Shown here in pieces: positions 56,499 to 64,000 of a stretch of 64,000 bases of DNA. Both the position numbers and the translations under genes were made by a program. The stretch lies in contig JAHYJM010000005.1 in NCBI GenBank assembly GCA_019428945.1, positions 1,562 through 65,561 on the forward strand, in the 5' to 3' direction. A model generated the notes under the pieces. The model ran no database searches, was not told the origin of the DNA, and saw only the letters and a list, made by a program, of their open reading frames with translations. The first letter of the stretch is position 1, and each line of letters starts with the position of its first letter. Origin of the DNA: Bacillota bacterium. Its GTDB lineage: Bacteria > Bacillota > Dethiobacteria > DTU022.

Positions 56499-57371
56499 AT
56501 GAATAGTGAAGATCATTTACGCAAAATTATTCTTGATGCTGCTGTTGAAGGAACCGATCCTGCAGGAGGCAGTTATCTGTATCTGACTTTGCAGAGCACA
56601 GGGTTGATAGCTTCTGAAAACAATCTTAGCAATCGTGTGGTGGAATTAGCCGCCCTTAAAGCAGATATCATTCCTGATCGTTATCAGCGCAGTATCGGCA
56701 CTGTTGGAACAAAGGGTCAGATTAAGCTGCTCGAAGCTAAAGTCGGTGTGATAGGTGCCGGCGGTCTGGGTGGTTTTGCGCTTGAACTTTTATCCCGAAT
56801 GGGCGTAGGTCGGCTTGTAGTTGTTGATGGAGACAACTTCGCTGACAGCAACCTTAACCGTCAACTTTTTGGGCTTGAAACGAATCTGGGTAAATCCAAG
56901 GTGCGGGCCGCGGCTGAACGCATAATTGAAGTCAACAGTTCTGTCGAATTGGAAACACACCACTGCCTGGGCACAAGTTCGAACCTGCCTGAAATATTCA
57001 GGGGATGCGATCTTGTTCTTGATTGTCTTGACAACCTTCCATCGCGTTTTGACCTGGAGAAAGTATGCGGAGAGCTTGAAATCACGATGATTCACGGAGC
57101 AATTGCAGGATTTCTGGGCCAAATAGCCGTGATCAGACCGGATCAGCCTTTACTTTCGGCAATATATGGCAATATAGCTGAAAGTGGCGCAAAGAAGGGT
57201 GTAGAGACACAACTTGGCAACCCTGCAGCTACACCTGCAATGCTAGCTTCATGGCAGGCGAGCGAAGCGGTTAAATACCTGGCAGGGTTGGAAGGAGTTC
57301 TGGCTTCCAATAAATTGTTAATTATTGACATGCAAGCCGGAGAATCATACCAGGTTGAGGTAAGCCCCTGA
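56499..57371 (+). CDS. HesA/MoeB/ThiF family adenylyltransferase
   Basis: RYQR, GAGGLG, DSNLNRQ, DCLDN motifs; no C-terminal Zn CxxC pairs. Confidence 0.88.
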   Translation: MNSEDHLRKIILDAAVEGTDPAGGSYLYLTLQSTGLIASENNLSNRVVELAALKADIIPDRYQRSIGTVGTKGQIKLLEAKVGVIGAGGLGGFALELLSRMGVGRLVVVDGDNFADSNLNRQLFGLETNLGKSKVRAAAERIIEVNSSVELETHHCLGTSSNLPEIFRGCDLVLDCLDNLPSRFDLEKVCGELEITMIHGAIAGFLGQIAVIRPDQPLLSAIYGNIAESGAKKGVETQLGNPAATPAMLASWQASEAVKYLAGLEGVLASNKLLIIDMQAGESYQVEVSP

Positions 57372-57387
57372 AAAAGATATAATGCTA

Positions 57388-57416
57388 TTGACAAGGTGCA
57401 TTGCCGTGCATATAAT
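57388..57416 (+). promoter_or_regulatory. Perfect-consensus sigmaA promoter of the T-box/tRNA/leuS transcript
   Basis: TTGACA-N17-TATAAT. Confidence 0.88.
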
Positions 57417-57607
57417 GTTATGTGTACTCGAGGTGCCATATAGATTTTGATGAAGGGAAGCAGTAAGCAGGAATGTTTTCTCAGAGAGCCGGCGCCTGGT
57501 GAAAACCGGCAGGCGGAACTGCTGAACTCGTCCCGGAGAAGCAGCGGTAAATTTTTAAAACGCTGCCGTAAACCGGCGTTAACGGTAGAAAGAGGGCAGC
57601 ATATCAT

Positions 57608-57682
57608 GGGGCTGTGGCGCAGGGGGAGCGCGCTTCCTTGGCATGGAAGAGGCCGCGGGTTCAATTCCCGCCAGCTCCACCA
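57608..57682 (+). tRNA. tRNA-Ala(GGC)
   Basis: Cloverleaf GGGGCTG/CAGCTCC with G3:U70, D-arm GCGC/GCGC, anticodon arm CTTCC-TTGGCAT-GGAAG, T-arm GCGGG-TTCAATT-CCCGC, encoded ACCA end. Confidence 0.93.
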
Positions 57683-57720
57683 CATTTTGTCTGACCAATA
57701 AGGGTGGTACCGCGGGTATG

Positions 57721-57749
57721 AATCCGTCCCTTGACAGGGCGGATTTTTT
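57721..57749 (+). terminator. T-box attenuator terminator
   Basis: AATCCGTCC...GGGCGGATT plus a T-run; overlaps the antiterminator 3' strand CCGTCCCTT. Confidence 0.9.
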
Positions 57750-57782
57750 ATTTGGTGAAACATATGGAGACGGAGGTTTAAT

Positions 57783-60263
57783 ATGGTGACGAACTATAAT
57801 CCTGCCGAAATCGAAGAAAAATGGCAGCAGAAATGGGCTGAGGATGATTCCTTCCGCTCGGAAATCGACCATGATAAAACCAAGTATTATGTCCTGGAGA
57901 TGTTCCCCTATCCATCAGGGAAACTGCACATGGGCCATATGCGCGTCTATTCAATTGGTGATGTACTGGCTCGTTTTTTACGTATGCGCGGCTTCAATGT
58001 TATTCATCCAATGGGTTGGGATGCTTTTGGTCTTCCTGCAGAAAATGCAGCAATAGATCACCGGGTTAACCCGGCAATCTGGACTGAACAGAATATAGAA
58101 CATATGAAAAAACAGCAGAACCGGCTGGGAGTCAGCTATGACTGGAGTCGTGAGGTTAATACCTCTGCTCCTGATTATTATCGTTGGTCCCAGTGGTTAT
58201 TTCTTTTAATGTATAAACGCGGGCTGGCTTATAAGAAACAGGCCAGTGTTAACTGGTGTGAAACCTGTGAAACTGTGCTGGCAAATGAACAAGTGGAAAA
58301 GGGTCTTTGCTGGCGCTGTTCATCAGTAGTTGAAACACGTGATCTCGAACAATGGTTTTTACGTATAACTGAATATGCCGAACGTTTGCTTTATGATCTG
58401 GATAAGCTGGAAGATTGGCCTGAAAGGGTCAAAACTATGCAGCACAACTGGATCGGTCGCAGCGAAGGTGCTGAAATAGCATTTAAGGTGAAGGAAATAC
58501 CGGAAGAAGAGGTACGCACATTTACTACCCGGCCTGACACTCTCTTCGGGGTTACATCTATGGTTCTTGCTCCGGAACACCCGCTGGTTAAAAAATTAGT
58601 TGAGGGTACCGAAAGAGAGAAAGATGTAATGGACTTTGTCGCCAGGGTCAGAAAAGAGAGCGAAATTGAACGCACCGCAGATGAGGCGCCAAAAATCGGA
58701 CTATTTACCGGGCGCCATGTTGTTAATCCGATCAATGGTGAAGAAATCCCTGTCCTGGTTGGCAATTATGTCCTGATGGGCTATGGAACAGGTGCAGTAA
58801 TGGGTGTACCCGCTCATGATCAGCGGGATTTCGAATTCGCCAAAAAACATAAACTGCCGATAAGGATAGTTATCCAGCCTGAAGGCGAAGAACTTGATGA
58901 ACACACTATTACAGAAGCTTATACCGGTGAAGGTGTAATGGTGAACTCCGGCAGTTTTAACGGCCTTAATAATACAGAAGGCATGAAGAAAGTGACTGAG
59001 TACCTTAAAGAGAAAGGGCTCGGTGATTTCAGGGTTACTTTCCGGTTGCGGGATTGGCTGATTTCAAGGCAGCGATACTGGGGCGCTCCGATACCGATTG
59101 TCTATTGTGATAAGTGTGGAACAGTACCTGTTCCTGAAACTGATCTGCCCGTTAAACTGCCTCATGATGTGGAGCTATCAGGGAACAGGGTTCCGGGTCT
59201 TGCCCATTATGAAGAGTTTGTTAAGGCTACCTGTCCGGTTTGTGGCGAACCGGCGCGTCGTGAAACTGATACAATGGATACTTTTATATGCTCATCCTGG
59301 TACTTTTTCAGGTATGCCAGCCCACATTCACAAATTGCGCCATTTGAGAAGGATGATGTTGATTATTGGATGCCGGTTGATCAGTATATCGGGGGGATTG
59401 AACATGCAGTGCTCCATCTTCTTTATGCCCGGTTTTTCACCAAGGTTTTGTTTGATGCAGGAATGACCAGGGCAGAAGAACCTTTCAGCCGCCTGTTGGC
59501 CCAGGGAATGGTCTACAAGGATGGCGCTAAAATGTCCAAATCAAAGGGTAATGTGGTAACACCTGATGAAATTGTTGAAAGGTACGGCGCCGACACCGGA
59601 CGTCTCTTTATATTGTTTGCGGCTCCTCCCGAAAAAGATCTTGACTGGAATGACCAGGGGGTAGAAGGTTCGCATCGTTTTCTTCGCCGGGTCTGGCGTC
59701 TTGTAGTGGAATGCCGCGAGCAGTTTGCCACCGGAAAGGGCAATGCAGATCATGGTGAAAAGGAAGCTGAGCTTGAAAGAGTTTTGCATGCGACAATCAG
59801 GAAAGTTACGCACGACATTGAGAAGAGATTTAACTTTAACACAGCGATCAGCGCTATCATGGAGCTGGTCAATGCCATCTATAATTACCGTCTCAGCGTT
59901 GAAGAGGTTAAACAAAACAATAGTCTGTTAAAAGAGACGCTCGTAAAAACAATATTACTGCTGGCGCCTTTTGCACCTCACCTTGCTGAAGGGGCATGGA
60001 ATCTGCTTGGATACAAAGAGAGTGTGCACAAACAGAGCTGGCCCGAGTTCGATACAGTTAAACTGGTAGTTGATGAAGTTGAAATTGTTGTCCAGATTAA
60101 CGGTAAAGTACGCGGCAGAATGGTTGTCCCAGTCGACTTTAATGAAGATGACCTTGCCGAAGCTGCCCGTGAAAATGAGCGTATCAGTGAGCTCATCGAA
60201 GGCAGAGAGGTAGTTAAAATCATAGCAGTTAAAGGACGACTGGTTAACATAGTAGTCCGTTAG
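57783..60263 (+). CDS. leuS: Leucine--tRNA ligase
   Basis: MFPYPSGKLHMGH, DWLISRQRYWG, GGIEHA, KMSKS motifs. Confidence 0.98.
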   Translation: MVTNYNPAEIEEKWQQKWAEDDSFRSEIDHDKTKYYVLEMFPYPSGKLHMGHMRVYSIGDVLARFLRMRGFNVIHPMGWDAFGLPAENAAIDHRVNPAIWTEQNIEHMKKQQNRLGVSYDWSREVNTSAPDYYRWSQWLFLLMYKRGLAYKKQASVNWCETCETVLANEQVEKGLCWRCSSVVETRDLEQWFLRITEYAERLLYDLDKLEDWPERVKTMQHNWIGRSEGAEIAFKVKEIPEEEVRTFTTRPDTLFGVTSMVLAPEHPLVKKLVEGTEREKDVMDFVARVRKESEIERTADEAPKIGLFTGRHVVNPINGEEIPVLVGNYVLMGYGTGAVMGVPAHDQRDFEFAKKHKLPIRIVIQPEGEELDEHTITEAYTGEGVMVNSGSFNGLNNTEGMKKVTEYLKEKGLGDFRVTFRLRDWLISRQRYWGAPIPIVYCDKCGTVPVPETDLPVKLPHDVELSGNRVPGLAHYEEFVKATCPVCGEPARRETDTMDTFICSSWYFFRYASPHSQIAPFEKDDVDYWMPVDQYIGGIEHAVLHLLYARFFTKVLFDAGMTRAEEPFSRLLAQGMVYKDGAKMSKSKGNVVTPDEIVERYGADTGRLFILFAAPPEKDLDWNDQGVEGSHRFLRRVWRLVVECREQFATGKGNADHGEKEAELERVLHATIRKVTHDIEKRFNFNTAISAIMELVNAIYNYRLSVEEVKQNNSLLKETLVKTILLLAPFAPHLAEGAWNLLGYKESVHKQSWPEFDTVKLVVDEVEIVVQINGKVRGRMVVPVDFNEDDLAEAARENERISELIEGREVVKIIAVKGRLVNIVVR

Positions 60264-60277
60264 CCGGAGGCGTATAT

Positions 60278-61621
60278 TTGACTTATATAAAAGAAGGGCA
60301 GATTTTACAGCCTTTTCTGGTTGAAGCGGTTCGCGAACATAATGCTCTGCCTTTAACCGGCCGCTGTAATCTGTCCTGTATTTTTTGCAGTCACCGGCAT
60401 AACCCGCCCGATATCAAAGCTTTCAGTTTTGCTCCTCTTTCCGAAGGGTTGTGGTCCGATCTTGCACAATACCTCGATCCCGGACGCAAAATAATTATTG
60501 GTGAATCTGCTACTCGTTTGCGTGAGGGAGAACCATTTACACATCCGCAGATCTACCGGATCCTTGAAAGGCTGCGCCTGCTCTACCCTGAAACTGCAAT
60601 TCAGATTACTACCAATGCTGCTCTTATTAATGAAAATGCGCTGAAAATATTGGCCACCCTGAAACCCCTCGAAATGGTTATATCTTTAAACAGCGCCACT
60701 GCCGCCGGGCGCAATCTGCTGATGAATGATTTCCGGCCTGAAAATGCGCTTCGGGTTTTATCGATGATGAACAATTACAACATACCTTTCCACGGCAGTC
60801 TGGTCGCGCTTCCGCACCTGGTCGGATTTGACGATCTCAGAAAGACTATTGTATTTCTTGACCAGGCCGGGGCCTTGACTGTCAGATTACTCTTGCCCGG
60901 GTACACTGCTTTTAGCGACCTTGCAGTTGTTCCTCCGCCGGGAACATCTGAGATCCTCTACAGTTTTGTTTCTGAAATAAAAAGTGAGTTAAAAGGCGTA
61001 TTACTTGCCGAACCGCCTCTTATAGAGAACCTTGATTCTGTTGTTGAGGGAGTAAATGTTAACAGCCCGGCATTTAGTGCCGGTATAATGGCAGGCGATA
61101 TAGTTACAGAAATCAACGGTATTGAAACTTTGAGCAGGGTCGGAACTTTTAACACTTTATACAGCAGTTATAATCCGGTATTAACCGTAAAGCGCGGCAG
61201 TGATTTTATTAAAGTCTCAAGCAGTAAGAAGGGGTCAGAATCTTTCGGCCTGATCATGAATTACGATCTTGATCCCGATCAAATTAAACGTGTGAAAGAG
61301 AGCTTGAATCTAAGCGCGAGTGCGCTTATGCTTCTCTCGAAACCTGCTTTAAAGCGCTGGGAGGTAGCTGCTGACAAATTTGATATCAAGAATTTAACCT
61401 TTCAAGCCGTCGATTCACTTTACTTCGGTGGTTCGATAAACTGTGCCGGTCTGCTAACAGTCAGAGATTTTCAGCAGGCTTATAATAATGCTAACAATCC
61501 TCTTTCATTTGACAATATTTTAGTGCCCGCTGTTGCATTTGACAGCAACGGCCAAGACCTCAGCGGAAGCAGCTACCTTAACCTTAAAACCGGAAGTATT
61601 CCGGTTACCCTTGTAACCTGA
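60278..61621 (+). CDS. Radical SAM protein with PDZ-like and DUF512-like domains
   Basis: CNLSCIFC, GEPFTHP, SPAFSAGIMAGD, FGGSINCAGLLT motifs. Confidence 0.85.
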   Translation: MTYIKEGQILQPFLVEAVREHNALPLTGRCNLSCIFCSHRHNPPDIKAFSFAPLSEGLWSDLAQYLDPGRKIIIGESATRLREGEPFTHPQIYRILERLRLLYPETAIQITTNAALINENALKILATLKPLEMVISLNSATAAGRNLLMNDFRPENALRVLSMMNNYNIPFHGSLVALPHLVGFDDLRKTIVFLDQAGALTVRLLLPGYTAFSDLAVVPPPGTSEILYSFVSEIKSELKGVLLAEPPLIENLDSVVEGVNVNSPAFSAGIMAGDIVTEINGIETLSRVGTFNTLYSSYNPVLTVKRGSDFIKVSSSKKGSESFGLIMNYDLDPDQIKRVKESLNLSASALMLLSKPALKRWEVAADKFDIKNLTFQAVDSLYFGGSINCAGLLTVRDFQQAYNNANNPLSFDNILVPAVAFDSNGQDLSGSSYLNLKTGSIPVTLVT

Positions 61622-61645
61622 ATCACCTAATAATTACCGGATCCC

Positions 61646-61674
61646 TTGACAGCTATATATTCAAATTATATAAT
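61646..61674 (+). promoter_or_regulatory. Consensus sigmaA promoter upstream of the asp23-family gene
   Basis: TTGACA-N17-TATAAT. Confidence 0.8.
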
Positions 61675-61803
61675 ATAGTAGACAGTTCTAAATAATTCGT
61701 ACACATCAGCATAAAAAACAACATATTTAGGCAACTTATTGTCAGGTTTACATGCAGCCGGTTTAAATTTTCCGGCTTTTATAATCTATAAGGAGGAAAT
61801 AAA

Positions 61804-62271
61804 ATGGTCAAACAGGAAAAAGATATGCTTGAAAAAGAACAAACTACCGGTGTTGGAGAAGCTGTTTTAAAACCGGATCCGACAAAAGAAGGAGACAGTA
61901 TTAAAATCTCCTCAGAGGTAATTGCAATTATTGCCGGAATAGTATCCAGCGACATCCCTGGTATAGCCGGTATGAGTGGAGGCCTCGTCGGCGGCATTGC
62001 AGAAAAATTAGGGCGCCGTGACCTGACCAAGGGCATTAAAGTTATTGTTGACGGTGATAAAGTTAAGATTGACATGAACGTAATAGCCGAGTATGGTGTT
62101 TCCATTGTTGAAGCGACCGATAAACTGAAAAATGCTATTCGCGGTAATGTGGAAAAAACAACCGGTTTGAAAGTTAAGGCAATCAACATTAACGTTCTGG
62201 GCATTAATGTTCCGGAAGAGGAAGAGCCTGAAGAAGAAAAGGAAGAGAAAAAAGATAAAGAAAGCAAATAA
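61804..62271 (+). CDS. Asp23/Gls24 family protein
   Basis: IKISSEVIAIIAG, KGIKV, EYG, TGLKVKAININV motifs. Confidence 0.92.
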   Translation: MVKQEKDMLEKEQTTGVGEAVLKPDPTKEGDSIKISSEVIAIIAGIVSSDIPGIAGMSGGLVGGIAEKLGRRDLTKGIKVIVDGDKVKIDMNVIAEYGVSIVEATDKLKNAIRGNVEKTTGLKVKAININVLGINVPEEEEPEEEKEEKKDKESK

Positions 62272-62307
62272 GAACAAGTTAGCATAAATTGAGAATTATT
62301 GGTTTAG

Positions 62308-62340
62308 AAAAGCGTCCGCAAATGGGCGCTTTTTTCTTTT
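62308..62340 (+). terminator. Terminator after the asp23-family gene
   Basis: AAAAGCGTCC-gcaaat-GGGCGCTTTT plus a T-run. Confidence 0.7.
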
Positions 62341-62443
62341 CAGGTAGAATTTACAGAGGGAAAAGTGATTGTTAAATAGAATAAAAAGACTGTTCAAGCT
62401 TAATATATAGTTAAAAGATATATATCTTTAGGAGGTTGTTTAT

Positions 62444-63040
62444 ATGCTTGATTGGATCAGGGAGAAAGGCGGCATAAACGAAAAAGTAATTATCGGTCTC
62501 CTGGTTTTACTCTTGATTAGCGGCGGAATCTGGAGAGGGGCACAACAGAACCTGAACAGCTCTTCCCTAACCCAGGTCGGTGCCGGCGATATAACTGAGC
62601 ATGCTGAGCCTGAGCCTGAATTGATCACTGTTCACCTGGTTGGCGCTGTTATGAACCCGGGTGTTTATCATCTGCAAGAAGGAGCCAGGGTTTATGAATT
62701 GCTTGAACTAGCGGGGGGATTCAATGATGATGCCGAACAAGAAACATTAAACCAGGCCCGGCCGCTTATTGACGGGGAGCAGATCTATATTTTAAAGGCC
62801 GGTGAACTGCCCGGGCAAGAAATGGGTTCTTTTGGCAGCAATTCCAAAAAAGTAAATATAAATAAGGCAGGGGCAGCTGAGCTGGCGACCCTGCCGGGTA
62901 TAGGTGAAGTTCGGGCTAACCAGATCATTGCTCACCGTGAAAAGCACGGGTATTTTACTCAGATTCGAGAATTGATGGATGTGAGCGGTATCGGCGAAAA
63001 AACTTTTGAAAACCTGGAAGAACTAATTACGATATATTAA
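62444..63040 (+). CDS. comEA: Competence DNA receptor ComEA
   Basis: N-terminal TM, SLBB domain (GAVMNPGVY), HhH motifs (LPGIG, VSGIGEK). Confidence 0.93.
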   Translation: MLDWIREKGGINEKVIIGLLVLLLISGGIWRGAQQNLNSSSLTQVGAGDITEHAEPEPELITVHLVGAVMNPGVYHLQEGARVYELLELAGGFNDDAEQETLNQARPLIDGEQIYILKAGELPGQEMGSFGSNSKKVNINKAGAAELATLPGIGEVRANQIIAHREKHGYFTQIRELMDVSGIGEKTFENLEELITIY

Positions 63041-63044
63041 ATTG

Positions 63045-64000
63045 TCATTGCCAGGCTTTCAGGTATTCTTCCTGTGCGCAGGTAAGTTTATCAATAGTTA
63101 TTCCCATTGCTTCAAGCTTAATCGCAGCAATATTTTGATCAAACTGTTCGGGAAGCTTTATAACTGATTTCGGCAGATTTTTGCCTTCACGAAGCAAATA
63201 AAGCATTGCTTCGAATTGCAGAGCGAATGAAAGATCCATAATTTCTGCCGGATGACCGTCACCTGCAGCAAGGTTGACCAGGCGTCCTTCGCCGAGCAGG
63301 TAAACTCTTCTGCCATTATTTAATTTATATTCATCAATATTCTGGCGCGGCTGACCCATGTTTTTCCCAAGGGTTGCCAGTGCATTTTTGTCTATCTCCA
63401 CATCAAAGTGGCCGGCGTTACTCAATATTGCGCCATCTTTTAGAAGTTCAACATGTTCTGCGGCGATAATTCCACGGCAACCTGTAGTAGTCACAAATAT
63501 ATCACCGATTTTAGCTGCTTCGAGCATGGGCATAACCCTGAAGCCTTCTACTGCTGCTTCCAGGGCATGAACAGGATCGACTTCTGTAATAATTACATTT
63601 GCGCCAAGCCCGGCAGCACGCATCGCCACACCGCGTCCGCACCAGCCAAAGCCGGAAATAACAACATTCTTTCCTGATATTAGCAGGTTGGTTGTGCGCA
63701 TAATACCATCCCATACTGACTGTCCGGTGCCGTAACGGTTGTCAAAAAGGTATTTGCACATGGAGTCGTTAACGGCAATTACCGGAAAAGTAAGTTTACC
63801 TTCCGCTGCCATTGCTCTCAGGCGAATCAGGCCTGTAGTTGTTTCCTCAGCACCTCCGATCACCTGGTCAATTAAGTCGGGACGATCACGGTGAAGCATC
63901 GTGATTAAATCTCCGCCATCATCAATGATCAAATTCGGGCCACTATCGATTGTACTGCGAATATGGCTGTTATATTCTTCGGTGGTAGCGCCATGCCATC
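63045..64000 (-). CDS. ahcY: Adenosylhomocysteinase, 5' end outside the window
   Basis: [48 protein letters not shown] motifs; frame open to the window edge. Confidence 0.96.
   Translation of the reverse strand, partial: WHGATTEEYNSHIRSTIDSGPNLIIDDGGDLITMLHRDRPDLIDQVIGGAEETTTGLIRLRAMAAEGKLTFPVIAVNDSMCKYLFDNRYGTGQSVWDGIMRTTNLLISGKNVVISGFGWCGRGVAMRAAGLGANVIITEVDPVHALEAAVEGFRVMPMLEAAKIGDIFVTTTGCRGIIAAEHVELLKDGAILSNAGHFDVEIDKNALATLGKNMGQPRQNIDEYKLNNGRRVYLLGEGRLVNLAAGDGHPAEIMDLSFALQFEAMLYLLREGKNLPKSVIKLPEQFDQNIAAIKLEAMGITIDKLTCAQEEYLKAWQ

Larger units (their letters stand above)
57448..57750 (+). ncRNA. Leu T-box riboswitch (specifier CUC) containing an embedded tRNA
   Basis: Stem I with GA motif, AGTA, AG box AGAGAG (57483), GGTG (57498), specifier GAA-CTC-G (CTC 57527-57529); stem II and IIA/B; T-box AAGGGTGGTACCGCG (57700-57714); terminator 57721-57749. 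Confidence 0.92.

Noticed and set aside
57608..57682. tRNA as an integration site of a mobile element
   Set aside because: No integrase and no duplicated tRNA 3' end seen in the window; both flanks are T-box parts
57143..57872. ORFs 57447-57701 (+), 57143-57763 (-) and 57579-57872 (-)
   Set aside because: They are translations of the T-box/tRNA RNA and of the antisense strands of neighbouring genes; no SD or recognisable domain
452..63714. The many short overlapping or antisense ORFs in the track
   Set aside because: They are shadows of well-supported genes on the other strand or frame, with no independent motifs

Overview
Chromosomal window from an anaerobic Firmicute (clostridial gene order; acidic exported proteins and a large Mrp-type antiporter suggest a haloalkaliphile, which is an inference). 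A housekeeping backbone (tig-clpP-clpX-lon-engB; valS-folC; maf-radC; radical SAM pair-rng; rplU-rpmA-obgE-nadD-yqeK-rsfS; leuS; comEA; partial ahcY) is interrupted by three accessory blocks. (1) A sigma54-controlled gabT / divergent aldehyde:ferredoxin oxidoreductase / gdh operon, followed by 2-oxoacid:ferredoxin oxidoreductase genes and a GlnK/GlnL-like two-component system. (2) A 15-kb rnfCDGEAB - 10-gene Mrp-like antiporter - apbE - Gx-transporter cluster, with a triple-FMN RnfG and a repeat-expanded lateral helix. (3) A tungstate/molybdate island with tupABC, a single-subunit Mo/W storage protein, two uncharacterised genes and three Moco/Tuco riboswitches. The most striking feature is a complete tRNA-Ala(GGC) gene embedded inside the Leu T-box riboswitch upstream of leuS. 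No CRISPR array, rRNA, prophage or IS element was seen. All calls come from reading motifs by eye; no database searches were run.
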